Source: Eledone cirrhosa
Taxonomy: Eukaryota
DNA length: 53,095 nt
Direction of reading: 5' to 3'
NCBI GenBank assembly: GCA_964016885.1
Contig: CAXHJY010000668.1
Location: forward strand, 1 to 53,095
Positions 18,146 to 31,320 of this stretch are shown piece after piece. The position numbers and the translations under genes are program-made. The notes beneath the pieces are model-generated. The model was not told where the DNA came from. It worked only from the letters and a program-made list of their open reading frames with translations, and ran no database searches. Positions within the stretch are counted from its first letter, which is position 1; every line of letters starts with the position of its first letter.

Positions 18146-18716
18146 GTGGTGATGGGGGTGGTGGTGTTAATTCCTAAAATAAAATAAAAACAGTAGACGA
18201 TATTTCTCTGGTTATAAAACGTACAATGGTATAACAGTAATGGATCATTAAGTTTATGGCATAAAATTATATTTCCCAATATTTTCCTCGAAACTCTGAC
18301 AATTTGTCGAAACAATATGAAGTCTATACCCCACTCTCTCCATTCCTGAACCTCCCTCTCTTTCTCTCCCTCTCTCCACCTGTCTCTCACTCTGTTCTTC
18401 AACCTCTCCCTGCATTCTCACTTGTTTTCTTTTCTTTCCATTTGTCTAAGATGTTGAAACACACAACTACATATTAAATTTAAGCCAAAATTCACCAGTT
18501 ACCTTTAGTTCCAATACTGAAAAATAACCCTCTATCTTCTATGTTTAATATTAAGACAGTATGGCATAATTTAAAAGAGATTTCACTGCATTGCTGTTTC
18601 TAACAAGTTTAGTGGCTACGTAGGTAGTTAGGTATTATTTTCGTTGATGTAGAATAACTTAGATTTATGGAAGTATGTGAGAATGGTGGTTGGAAATGTT
18701 CGTGTGTGTCTTTCAG

Positions 18717-18874
18717 ATTCATGATATAAGTTACGTTAGCCGCACCGGAAATTGTATCATATCCGCTTTTGGGTGTCCTTTGCTATGTCACTGTCAATAT
18801 TTGACAGAGAAAACGAAAAACACAAAATACGGAGTGAAATTAGCTGATGTTTTCGCCATAAAGTTTCCTGCAGT
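18717..18874 (+). pseudogene. Putative exon of a Mab-21/cGAS-like gene (part 1)
   Basis: tttcag acceptor, gtaaga donor, open frame ending GVKLADVFAIKFPAV; phase matches the exon at 21454. Confidence 0.4.
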
Positions 18875-19399
18875 GTAAGATACTTTATCGAATGAATAAA
18901 CAGAATTCATCTACGCAGCATGATAGATCCTCCGTCGGTTTCGACAATGAATATTCTGTTGTCCAATCAACTGAACGTTCAGCTCTTGAATTAACGCGTA
19001 ACTAGTTAAATAATTCACAGGCATGTGTATCCTTAACGTAATGCATGTGATATGCTTTCAAACAGTTTCTGTCTACTCAATTTCACTCACATGGCTAGGG
19101 TTGACCTGGCGCTTATCGTGAAAGCATTTTTCCAAGATGCTACGCAGTGAGATGGAACTCAGGAATTGATGATTACGAAGCGGACGTCTTAACCCGTCAG
19201 TCATGTCTGCATCAAACATGGTATGGCATGGTCCCGTAACCCCTGATGGAGTCGTAGGAGCGCCGGATTGAAATACGACGTTTCTTGGGTATGTTAAGCC
19301 TGGCGGAGTATATTCCTCTCCAGGCCTGAGTACTACAGATTTCTCCCAAAAAAGGTTACAAAGTGACAGAAAAGAACAGAGAAAGAGATACAGAGGAAG

Positions 19400-19557
19400 A
19401 ATCAACCCCAGTACTACACTGGTACATTTTTATCGACCTCGAACGGATGAAAGGCAAAGTTGACCGCGGCGGGATTTGAACTCAGAGAGCAGAAAGCCGG
19501 AACAAATATAGCAAAGCATTCTATCCGACGTTCTAACGACTCTGCCAATTCGCCGCT
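19400..19557 (-). mobile_element. tRNA-derived SINE
   Basis: GAGTTCAAATCCCGCCGCGGTCAACTTTGCCTTTCATCC on minus. Confidence 0.8.
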
Positions 19558-20992
19558 GTTGCATCAAACATACATTTATATAATATCCGACGAAAGAGGG
19601 AGCTTCTACGTAGGCGCTCAACCAACTAAAAATTATAGCTAATCCTCCCTGTAAGCGCACTGAACCGTCTTAAAGAATTGAATCACATTGGATAATGTGG
19701 TTCTAGTAAACGACACGAGCCTTTTAATCATATATATTCATGAGCTGACCAGCAACCAAAACCACAATAATAACAATAACAACCTAAACAAAATTTATAA
19801 TGAAAGTGAATAGAAATGAATAAGAATCCAAAATAATAGCTTGTTCACAGGTTCAAATTGGCGGAACGTTAAACTAGTCACTATCTACGATTGTTGATAT
19901 TCTTTTTTTACCTATGTTGATTTTAGTCATTGGAACCTGGCCAGACTAAGCCAAACCTTTCAAGTGTTTTAATCGACCATATCGACTCCTATAATTATAC
20001 TATATACATACAGTATAGCTAAGTTATAGATTTCGACATAAAAGAATGAAAATCGACATAGCTACCCCTGGGTAAACGAGTGTGGTAAAACGGTGGGGGT
20101 AAAACATAGCATTTTTTAACTTGTGTCTTACTTTAAAATATTTCCTTCAGCAAAGGGTACGTGTTGGAGTTCGCTTTTAGTTGTAAGAAAGTCTGTTTAT
20201 AGATCTTATTTCGCTTTAATAAAATCTATCTGTATGCATATGCTTCAGGTTACTAACGTTGAAACTTTAAACCACGGAAATACTACTTAATCAGAAAGAG
20301 TTAATTTACGTATAATTACCCTGCGGATAATAAGATTTCCCTTCAGATATGCATTGAGAAATCTATTTGATAAAATTATCCATTATGCTAATGATAAGTT
20401 ATAGATTGACATTTCAGTGGCGTTTGTCATAAATTACTTACAATCCAAGAAGCAGTACCTTGTTCATCAACATTAAACCTGTTGGTGTGGAAAAAATTAC
20501 TACGTTGCTTGAGGAGCAGTGCAATTAGAGTAATGATTTAAAGACGCCTTACATAGTGAGATGATTTTAAGTAGTTCACTTTCTGAAATGAATACATAGA
20601 GAGTAATAAAAGGTCAATCATGAATTAAATTTCCCTAGCGGGATAAACTATAACAACTAAATTCGTTTGACTAGCAGTCAGCGTTAACTTGCTTCTAATT
20701 CACCCATTGATATAATGAACATTCAATGGTTGAGTTCTACTTTGGTGTCACAGGGTTTTTAGAAAATCATTTCAGATAATTGCTACTAACATTTTTACTA
20801 GAAAGTTTCTTTTTCTATATCTATTTCCCATTGTGTAAGAAATTTCCTATATTTTTTTGTGATTATTATTTATCTGTTTGTTTTAATTTTTACTCGTGAA
20901 ATTTCTATGTAAATCCTAAACTACATGCAACATGTGTTTGAACGTCTTCTTCATTCGATACCCCTGTGACAAATAAATCATCATTATTATAA

Positions 20993-21368
20993 GATCCCGC
21001 CGAGGTTAACTTTGCCTTTCATCCTTACGGGGTCGATAAAATAAAGTAGCAGTAATGCACTGGGTAATTGCTGGCCTTGTGCCAAAAAGTAGAAACAATT
21101 ATTATAAGGGTCGATTGAAAGGGCAGCGGATTGGCAAGGGTAGCGGATTGGCAGTACGGGTAGAGCGTCGGACTACATGCTTTGCGGCATACAGTTACGG
21201 CCTTTTACGTTCTGAGTTCAAATGCCGCCGAGGTTAGCTTTTAATTTCATCCTTACGAAGTCGTTAAAATAAAGTACCAGTAATGCACGGAGGTCGATTT
21301 AATCGACCCCCCCCCCCCCCTCAAAAAAATGCAGGCCTTGTGCTTAAAGTAGAAACAATTATTATAAT
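20993..21368 (+). mobile_element. Two tandem SINE copies (partial + near full)
   Basis: Repeated TTTCATCCTTACG..GTCG.TAAAATAAAGTA.CAGTAATGCAC...AGTAGAAACAATTATT. Confidence 0.8.
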
Positions 21369-21453
21369 CGTCGATTTAATGGATTTTCCTAACCACGAAA
21401 CAGCTGGTTTTTGCCTAAATTATAAACCAGAAAACAATGCTTGTGTTCTATAG

Positions 21454-21745
21454 TTGGTTATTGGAATGTATGAGCGACGATGGTGTGAGAGCAGCTCTGG
21501 GTGTCAACGAGAACAACATGAACAGGCTCTTCTGCGATTATGCACAGTCTCCAAAAACCCTTGGATTAGTACAGCTACCGAGTGGCACAACCAATTCGAG
21601 ATTAGCTTTATAGGCATGGAAGTATCAACAACCAGCTCTATCCGAGATGCACGCAGGGCGACGACATAGTCCTTCACACTCAGTACCCATGTATCGCAGA
21701 CTTGTGGACTTGTATCGAATAATTGCTAACAAACACGTCCAATAG
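21454..21745 (+). pseudogene. Putative exon of a Mab-21/cGAS-like gene (part 2), in-frame TAG at 21611
   Basis: ttctatag acceptor; WLLEC...LGLVQLP...*AWKYQQ...MYRRLVDLYRIIANKHV resembles the Mab-21 helical segment. Confidence 0.4.
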
Positions 21746-21780
21746 CTGAGTCTAGTCTATCGTGAAAATTATTATTACTA

Positions 21781-22061
21781 TTAACGCTGACTGCTAGTCA
21801 AACGAATTTAGTTGTTATAGTTTATCCCGCTAGGGAAATTTAATTCATGATTGACCTTTTATTACTCTCTATGTATTCATTTCAGAAAGTGAACTACTTA
21901 AAATCATCTCACTATGTAAGGCGTCTTTAAATCATTACTCTAATTGCACTGCTCCTCAAGCAACGTAGTAATTTTTTCCACACCAACAGGTTTAATGTTG
22001 ATGAACAAGGTACTGCTTCTTGGATTGTAAGTAATTTATGACAAACGCCACTGAAATGTCA
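21781..22061 (-). repeat. 281-bp inverted duplication of 20407-20687
   Basis: No mismatch seen on manual reverse-complement comparison. Confidence 0.92.
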
Positions 22062-22253
22062 GGCACCATTCTCCAAAAGGAGTTTCACAATAGCCACGTG
22101 GTTGTTTTCCAAAGCTAAGTTTATCGGTTCGATGGTTAAATCTTCTATGATTGTCTGAGGAGTCGGACCGGAAGCATCATTGGTCACAGATGGGGAACTT
22201 TCCTCATTCCTGACATTTAACTCGCTTTGAGTCTGTTCTTGGTTTTGGTCTTG
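22062..22253 (-). pseudogene. Captured ankyrin-repeat coding fragment
   Basis: Open frame QDQNQEQ...IEPINLALENNHVAIVKLLLENGA followed by TGA at the junction. Confidence 0.7.
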
Positions 22254-22291
22254 AGAGTCTAGTCTATCGTGAAAATTATTATTACTATTAT

Positions 22292-22482
22292 TGGCGGAGT
22301 GGCAGTATCGGTAGAGGGTCGGACGCCATGCTTTGCAGCATAGAGTTACAGTCCTTTACGGTCTGAGTTCAAATCCCGCTGAGGCTAACTTTGCCTTTCA
22401 TCCTTACGGGGTCGATAAAATAAAGTACCAGTAATGCACTGGGATAATTGCTGGCCTTGTACCAAAAGTAGAAACAATTATT
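22292..22482 (+). mobile_element. tRNA-derived SINE
   Basis: Same family as 21130-21368. Confidence 0.8.
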
Positions 22483-22859
22483 GATGATTGATTGTGAATA
22501 TTGTTTTAAATCGTTTTGGTGTCAGAATTTTATGTTGCAAAGAGGAGAAAAGGCTTTAGTCTCCACACACAAGATACATAGATACATAGATACATAAAGA
22601 CATGCATTACAATAAAAAACGGAAAATAGAAAATAAAGATATAGCGTGACCTAGGAAAAATGACAAAATTGGGTAAATAGAAGATGGCGATAACAAGGAA
22701 TGACAAACTTGGAAAAAGGATAAAAGCCACTTATTCTTTATTCCTTATTATTGATTACCGTAATTTACCATTGCTGAGTAGAGAAGAAAGTAAATAATAA
22801 AAATGGCGAACCGTAATGGACTGAACTGGAAGAGACAATTGACACATTTGTATAAGTAT

Positions 22860-22953
22860 ATATGTACACACACACACACATACATACACATACACAGACA
22901 CACACAAACATACACACATATATATATAAATATATAATATATATCTATTATAC

Positions 22954-22999
<46 letters not shown>

Positions 23000-24000
23000 A
23001 TATATATATATATATATTATACATATCATATATATATATTATACATATATATATATAAATATGTAATATATATATATTATACATATTATATATATATATA
23101 ATACATATATATATATAAATATGTAATATATATATATTATACATATTATATATATATATAATATGTATAAAAATATATATATATATATATTGTATAACAA
23201 TATATATATATATATATATAAAGTATAACAATATATATATATATATATATAATATATAATATGTATCATATATATATATGTATATAAAGTATAACAATAT
23301 ATATATATATATATATAATATGTATAACAATAGGCATTTCATCGCTTTAAAGACCATATACCTCTGGTTGGTGCGAGCAACGGCTAAAAAAAGACGTTGG
23401 GACACGTAAATAAAGGGGACGCGAGGGTAAACAATCAAAATGGTGAAGCAACAGAAAGTGAGGAAGAAAGAGATAAGTCCAAGATTTCTATGAATTTAAA
23501 TTCGGTGAAATCGTGAACGAGAGAATAATATATATATAAAGTATAACAATATATATATATATAATATATATTATATATAATATGTATCATATATATATAT
23601 ATATATATATATAAAGTATAACAATATATATATATATATAATATGTATAACAATATATATATATATATATATATATAGTATAACAATATATATATATATA
23701 TATAATATGTATAAAAATATATATATATATAAAGTATAACAATATATATATATATTATATATAATATGTATCATATATGTATATATTATATATATATTAT
23801 ATATAATATGTATCATATATATATATATTATATATATATTATATATAATATGTATCATATATAATATATATATATACATAATATGTATAATATATAATAT
23901 ATATATATACATAATATGTATAATATATAATATATATATATACATAATATGTATAATATATAATATATATATACATATATATATACATATAATATGTATA

Positions 24001-24032
<32 letters not shown>

Positions 24033-24040
24033 TATGTATA

Positions 24041-24072
<32 letters not shown>

Positions 24073-24076
24073 TATG

Positions 24077-24118
<42 letters not shown>

Positions 24119-24390
24119 TATGTATAATATATATATACATATATATATACATATAATATGTATAATATATATATACATATATATACATATAATATGTATA
24201 ATATATATATACATATATATATATACATATAATATGTATAATATATATATACATATATATATATACATATAATATGTATAATATATATATACATATATAT
24301 ATATACATATAATATGTATAATATATATATATATATATATATACATATAATATGTATAATATATATATATATATATATACATATAATATG

Positions 24391-24450
<60 letters not shown>
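22860..24450. repeat. Compound TA-based microsatellite/minisatellite
   Basis: Direct inspection; ~195-bp unique insert at 23330-23525. Confidence 0.93.
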
Positions 24451-24452
<2 letters not shown>

Positions 24453-24499
24453 CAATGATATTGAATAAATGGAAACTATATTTATAAAACCATATTTGT

Positions 24500-24554
24500 T
24501 CTATTATATATATTTCAAGGGTACCAAAACTTTTGTACGCTCTCATCAGATAAA
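24500..24554 (-). ncRNA. Minimal hammerhead ribozyme (left arm)
   Basis: Reverse complement of 24693-24747. Confidence 0.7.
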
Positions 24555-24692
24555 ATGCAAAGTTTGTTTTATAAATATTGACACATCCAGGAAGATGATT
24601 TTAACGGTTTAAGTTTTTCCTATTCAGGAAAAACTGGAACCATTAAGATCACCTTCCTGGATGTGTCAATATTTATAAAACAAACTTTGCAT

Positions 24693-24747
24693 TTTATCTG
24701 ATGAGAGCGTACAAAAGTTTTGGTACCCTTGAAATATATATAATAGA
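24693..24747 (+). ncRNA. Minimal hammerhead ribozyme (right arm)
   Basis: TTTAT-CTGATGA-GAGCGTAC-AAAAGTTTTG-GTACCCTT-GAAA-TATATA-TA-ATAGA. Confidence 0.7.
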
Positions 24748-24969
24748 ACAAATATGGTTTTATAAATATAGTTTCCATTTATTTAATGTCATTGAATATT
24801 ATACCCCAGAAAACTTGTCGAGTGCTTTAAATCAGTTATAAACATATATATTTGTTGAATTACCAACGAATTAAATATCCCCTTTGCTTATATATATATA
24901 TAATATATATATATATATTTATATGATAAACAACACAAGAGCGTCTACAACATCAAAAGATTTTTATTG

Positions 24970-25014
24970 GCTTACAATGTTTCTTCCTTACGTATCCGTA
25001 GGATTCGTCAGAGA
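24970..25014 (-). ncRNA. Hammerhead ribozyme in 3' pLTR
   Basis: TCT-CTGACGA-ATCCTACGGATACGTAAGGAA-GAAA-CATTG-TA-AGC; one stem I mismatch. Confidence 0.7.
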
Positions 25015-26222
25015 TATAAAAGGGATTTGATTGGTGTTATGGACTCTACCAACCAAACATTCAAGAACAAAGAGTAAAGAGAGTAAAGAGCAAAAGTAGG
25101 GGACGATAAGTCTAATTTTGGTGCGGGAGGGTGGGGTGTGGGTCCTTGTTTACTAGCTGCGGTCATATTCATTCCCGGGAGTCGAGTGGTTAGCTGAACC
25201 ATAGATGGGGTGGCGTCGATAGTATGGTGCAGAGGGTGTGCAGAGGCTACACAAACACAAAGGGCATACAATATATATATATATAACGGGGGAGAAAGTA
25301 CATGAGGTAATTAGAAATGGAAAAAGAGTAATAATAATAATCTATAATTAATAATGTATAATAAGGCATGGGGAAGATTACACTATAATAAGGTATAAAA
25401 GTAAGAATAAGGTAAAATATAAAGGAGGATAAAAGTGGAAATAATAAAGATAAAAAATATATATGTAAAAAAATATATAGAGAATATTTAAAGAAATATA
25501 AGCGAATATTTGGAGGGGAAAACACAATGTAAAAGAACCGATTTTTTCAAATAAAAATAAAAATATTATAATTATGGGGGGAGAAAACGGGATAGAGAAA
25601 TATGATCAAATGTGATTAGTTGAGAGAATATAAGATGATAATAGTTATGTCAAGTTTATACATCTTAATAATAATAAATGATCTGTGTATCAGAGTTACA
25701 GAACCTTCAATTCACTTACAGGTTCAAGCCACGTGGCATAGTCCATTGTTTATCTGTGCGGTCATGCGCGTTTGTTTTTGACACCACAGCAGATGCACAA
25801 GTTCGTAAATTCCAATGCAGATAGAAATCTATTTTTGTTCACCCGGACATTGACGGAGGATCCAATATTCCTAGTTCAATATGTGTGTGGTGTTATTTTG
25901 GTCGCACAAATCAATCACTTGGTTCAATATTATGGAGTATGGTTTTCTGGTCTTCGTAACAGTGTCAGTGGTTGTATATCTCGAAATCACAAGGATCACA
26001 GTACTCCGGTTTGGTGTGATTATCGGTCATCCAGCTATGTTGTTGGTGGTTGGATTCAATTCCATTAGCCCGAACATTGAAGTTTGGTGTCGATAGAACA
26101 TTAACGAGGCAGGGTGAGATCGCATCTGTGGTACAAAACGGTACGCAAGGAAATTCTTCGTCTTCATTTCATCCGGGTCCAGCAGTCACGTGCAAGAACC
26201 GCTACGTAGTAATTGTGGGGTT

Positions 26223-26555
26223 AATCGGTCAAGTCAGCAACTGACCGAAAATTCTCTTGGGAATTCAGACAGGCATGATAGGCACATTTAGGTCAGCAGC
26301 TTCTTTATGTGTACGTGTGTCCGACACATACAGACACACATTTATATGTATTTCAACTAAAAAAACTCAATTGATTCACCCACTGGTACTACAATCGGTC
26401 AAGCCAGCAACTGGCCGAAAATACCCTTAGGAATTCAGACAGGCATGACAGGTACATTTAGGTCAGCAGCTTCTTTATGTGTACGTGTGTCCGATACACA
26501 CAGACACATATCCATATGTATTTCAACTCAAAAAATTCAGTTGATTCGCCTATTG
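26223..26555 (+). repeat. 170-bp tandem duplication in the PLE 3' region
   Basis: AATCGGTCAAG.CAGCAACTG.CCGAAAAT at 26223 and 26393. Confidence 0.85.
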
Positions 26556-27279
26556 ATATTATATCTGTGTTGCTCAGATGTGCATGTTGTGGTGTTCTGG
26601 TCGAGCATAGCATTCACTGTGTTTTGCCATTACCTTGGAATGTGATGTTATGGTCATCAATAGTCCGGCAAGCGCATTTCTCTCTTATATTGCGGAGAAT
26701 GGTGTTCTGGTCCTCAGTAAACATTTAGGTCAGTAGGAGGGGTGGTGGTTCTCAGTTTCAACTTCGACAATACATATGTGTTACTCTGCATATCGTGCTC
26801 CTCTCAAAGAAGAGTATTATAGGAGGAATTCGTGCCACACTCTACATATAGAGAGGATTTCTACAGAAAAGTATACATACATATACACATATATACACAC
26901 ATCATACACTCACACATACACATACACACACATACATACATATATTCACATACATGTCACATATACACATACACACAATATAATACGCATGCATACAATA
27001 TACATATATATATATACAATATACATGCATACAATGCACGCACACATGCATGCATGCATGCATGCACACACGCACGCACACACACATATGTCTGTGTGTG
27101 TGTGTGAGAGAGAAAAAAGGAGAATACACACACACACACACACATACACACACACACGCAAAAACACCAACCTTGTAGGGCACTGTACCACCCTTAGGGT
27201 ACCTATCTATCTGGGTTACGGGTTGTGGGGGAAGGGGGGAGCTATAGTCTAGGTGGGAGTTGCGTGATATATGTTACGT

Positions 27280-29819
27280 CTATGTGCTAGGTTTAAAATA
27301 GAATAAGGAACTCAGGATTTTGTGTTGGCAAGAGGAGAAAATTTCCGATTTCCTGTTAAGCAGGTTCAGTTTAGAGTGTATTATGGCATGGCATTCCAGT
27401 AAACACAGGTCACAACTTCCGCTCTGCGGTCGGTATGGCGTGGATCTAGTAAGCTTCCTCCCAAAAAGTTTGTATGGGGTACTATTATTTTTTAAAAAGG
27501 AGATGTATACCGCCAGTGAGGTGGCATTCTTATGTCTATCGTGTCTAAATGTGTACATATGCGCGTTAAATCTAGTTTTAAATGTATTGGACGTTGCTCC
27601 TATATATGTTTTGGTAGAGTTGTGTGTGGTTACGTCACATGCATATACGATGTTTTTCATGAGGCAATCCTCCTTAGGGGACAATTACTACTCCGCCTAC
27701 AATTGCAACTGCGGGTTCGATTAGTTAGCGTACCTCCCGAAGTTTGGTTACTAGCATTATCACTAGGTGCCTCTATATCATTAGATGGCTCATTGATGCT
27801 ATTATGTTGCCCATTTTCCAGTGTAGTCGGTTGCTGGTGGTTAACTGCCATTTTAATTGCTTCGAAACCTTCTCTAGTTTTCCTAATGTTCGTGCGTGCT
27901 AGGTGTGATGCGAGGTTAGGTGTGGTCGAATAGGATCATTTAATTACGTTTTTGTTAATTATGTTACGATATCTATTGCCTGGTGGGAAGTTTTTTTCCA
28001 ATAATGAGAAGAATACTCTGGGGAGGTTAGTGAGGACCTCAGAGTTAAAAGGTGGGTTAAAATACATGTTTTTCCTTCTTCCATTTTTCTTATCTGTGGG
28101 GTGAGTCTCGCTACTGTGCGTACTATTTTGTAGGGTTCCGTTATTAACGTTATTGGCGTTGTCTGTTTCGCTTAAGCCCGGATGGTTTATATTCATGGCG
28201 TGATCATTTACTGTTTTAGAGTTGTGGTGAGGGACTCTAGTATTGTCTTTACGTGGTTTACATTTAGCTGGGTTACCGCCATTAGCGTTCTTACTATTAT
28301 TCTTGCCTCTAAGTTGGTTAGGCTTTGTGGCCATACTATGTGTGATTATGTTGGTAGGTTTCACACTCATGGTTTGGGAGTCCTTATGTATATATGATAA
28401 TCTACTCCCGTAACCAGATTCTGCTAGGGCCTTGTCATAATACTCTGCATTAGAGTTGAAGATACTCTCATTACAGGACAGTCTGCTAATTCTATTAGAG
28501 ACCCCCTTGGGAATAGCGTTTAGGACTGATTTGGGGTGGTTAGAGCTGGCGTTTACATATGTTAGTCTATCGTTAGGTTTATGGTAGGGTGCAAATGTTT
28601 TACTTTCTAGGTCAAGGGTGGCGTCTAGGAAGTTTACTGTTTTATCATTTGCATCTATGGTAATACTTAGATTAAATTTTTTAAAGAACCTACGTAACTG
28701 TTTCCTAGTTCTTTCTATATTGCACTTTTTATACTCGAGAGTGAGGAGGGCGTCATCACGGTATAAGCCGCCCTTCAAGTGCGGTAATGTCTCATGTAAC
28801 TCCTTTAAGAGGTACAATCCTACCAGGTCCGTTACTTGTGCAGAGTCACTAGATCCCATTGTGATGTCGAAGTTATTGGGCGTATTCTTGCGGGTCCACA
28901 ATTCATCCTCAAATGTGATTATCGTTTTCCGGGCCGCAAGAATGACATCAATTTGAGACCTAGTGAGGTCACTTTTCTGCATGGCCATGATTAGGGCCTT
29001 ATTAAGGAGTATGGGGGAGATTGAGGTGTAGTACGCATCGATGTCGAATTGTATACATTTAAGGGATTTATGGTTGCCAAGGCTTGAGAACCATTTCAAA
29101 ACTTCTTCCGTATTCTCCCATAGCTCTAGATATATTTTCCTCCTGATGGTGGGTATAACGCCGTCTAAAATTTTCTTACTGATAATTCCTATATCTGACT
29201 TCGATGGGCTAATTAATCTAACAGAGGGTTTACTAATGAAGTCAGCCTTATGGTCTTTAAGGGTGAACCTGGGTTGCTTAGGGTTATATAGTTGGGTATA
29301 CTTTTCCAGACCTAGTTTATCCACTATGGCGCATGCTTCCTTATTAATTTCATCTAAGTTTGCGCTTGTTGTCTTTTTATAGTTTCTATTTAATTCATTG
29401 TATATAAACCTACGATACGTATCATAATTTAAGCTATAAATATTTCTGGTTTTATCCGAGGTGACCAGGATATCTCTTTTATCGTTAAAGTCCTTAACTA
29501 AGGTTTCCAGTTTCATCCGGAATTTGTTGCTATTCCCATGGGGGTTTTTAAACTTAATATTCCTTACTAGTGATAGGAGGTCATTCTCAAATCCATCTAG
29601 CATGGAGTTATGGGCCGGGCTCCTATAGGTTTTAAAACCGAATTTGTTATTGGGGGACACCGTGGTTGATTTCTTATTTCTCTTATCGAAGTGGAAAGTG
29701 CGCCATCTAATACGCTTAACGAAGGAGTTGACACTAGCTATCAGTAATTTCTCATAAGTAGTCCTGGATGGGGCTGGGATGTTCTTGAGTGATATAGGCA
29801 GGTAGTCTTTAGTTAGCAT
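27280..29819 (-). pseudogene. PLE RT-linker-GIY-YIG ORF with one stop (27936) and one frameshift (~27675)
   Basis: QFDIDAYY, ITMGS, GLYRDD, FLDA; K*SYSTTPN read-through; CNCRRSSNCP; NIVY..TYIG..RF..H; CDLCLLE; LLNRKSE. Confidence 0.92.
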
Positions 29820-30042
29820 GCTGCCAAACAATTATAATCATACACACAAGGTGGACAGGTTATAAGGATTTAGCTCAACCGGGGGGAGCCGTAGAAATAC
29901 TTAGGTTAATAGGAGTTAGGTATTGTATACCCGTGTCCCATTAAGGTATTGGCAGCATAATAATTAGCTCTATGCTTTGGAGCAGAGCCGTATATATGAT
30001 AAATAACACAAGAGCGTCTACAACATCAAAAGATTTTTATTG

Positions 30043-30087
30043 GCTTACAATGTTTCTTCCTTACGTAACCGTAGGATTCGTCAGAGC
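30043..30087 (-). ncRNA. Hammerhead ribozyme in 5' pLTR (intact)
   Basis: GCT-CTGACGA-ATCCTACGGTTACGTAAGGAA-GAAA-CATTG-TA-AGC; extra TTTTAT/ATAAAA pairing; predicted cut between 30046 and 30045. Confidence 0.8.
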
Positions 30088-31320
30088 TATAAAAGGGGGT
30101 TTGATTGGTGTTATGGACTCTACCAACCAAACATTCAAGAACAAAGAGTAAAGAGAGTAAAGAGCAAAAGTAGGGGACGATAAGTCTAATTTTGGTGCGG
30201 GAGGGTGGGGTGTGGGTCCTTGTTTACTAGCTGCGGTCATATTCATTCCCGGGAGTCGAGTGGTTAGCTGAACCATAGATGGGGTGGCGTCGATAGTATG
30301 GTACAGAGGGTGTGCAGAGGCTACACAAACACAAAGGGCATACAATATATATATATATAACGGAGGAGAAAGTACATGAGGTAATTAGAAATGGAAAAAG
30401 AGTAATAATAATAATCTATAATTAATAATGTATAATAAGGCATGGGGAAGATTACACTATAATAAGGTATAAAAGTAAGAATAAGGTAAAATATAAAGGA
30501 GGATAAAAGTGGAAATAATAAAGATAAAAAATATATATGTCAAAAAATATATAGAGAATATTTAAAGAAATATAAGCGAATATTTGGAGGGGAAAACACA
30601 ATGTAAAAGAACCGATTTTTTCAAATAAAAATAAAAATATTATAATTATGGGGGGAGAAAACGGGATAGAGAAATATGATCAAATGTGATTAGTTGAGAG
30701 AATATAAGATGATAATAGTTATGTCAAGTTTATACATCTTAATAATAATAAATAATCTGTGTATCAAAGTTACAGAACCTTCAATTCACTTACAGGTTCA
30801 AGCCACGTGGCATAGTCCATTGTTTATCTGTGCGGTCATGCGCGTTTGTTTTTGACACCACAGCAGATGCACAAGTTCGTAAATTCCAATGCAGATAGAA
30901 ATCTATTTTTGTTCACCCGGACATTGACGGAGGATCCAATATTCCTAGTTCAATATGTGTGTGGTGTTATTTTGGTCGCACAAATCAATCACTTGGTTCA
31001 ATATGGAGTATGGTTTTCTGGTCTTCGTAACAGTGTCAGTGGTTGTATATCTCGAAATCACAAGGATCACAGTACTCCGGTTTGGTGTGATTATCGGTCA
31101 TCCAGCTATGTTGTTGGTGGTTGGATTCAATTCTATTAGCCCGAACATTGAAATTTGGTGTCGATAGAACATTAACGAGGCAGGGTGAGATCGCATCTGT
31201 GGTACAAAACGGTACGCAAGGAAATTCTTCGTCTTCGTTTCATCCGGGTCCAGCAGTCACGTACAAAAACCGCTACGTAGTAATTGTGGGGTTAATCGGT
31301 CAAGTCAGCAACTGACCGAA

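Larger units (their letters stand above)
24453..24794. mobile_element. 342-bp near-perfect palindrome with a hammerhead in each arm
   Basis: Arms pair around a 4-nt loop at 24622-24625; flanked by TA arrays. Confidence 0.85.

Noticed and set aside
15369-18402. Poly-N, poly-T, poly-S and poly-V ORFs resembling mucins
   Set aside because: Trinucleotide repeats open in several frames on both strands; one is fused to a LINE fragment
27936-27938. In-frame TGA in the PLE ORF as possible selenocysteine (as in some Naiad PLEs)
   Set aside because: The position is hydrophobic in the related copy (TVKFSYS), there is only one TGA, and a frameshift follows; a nonsense mutation is simpler
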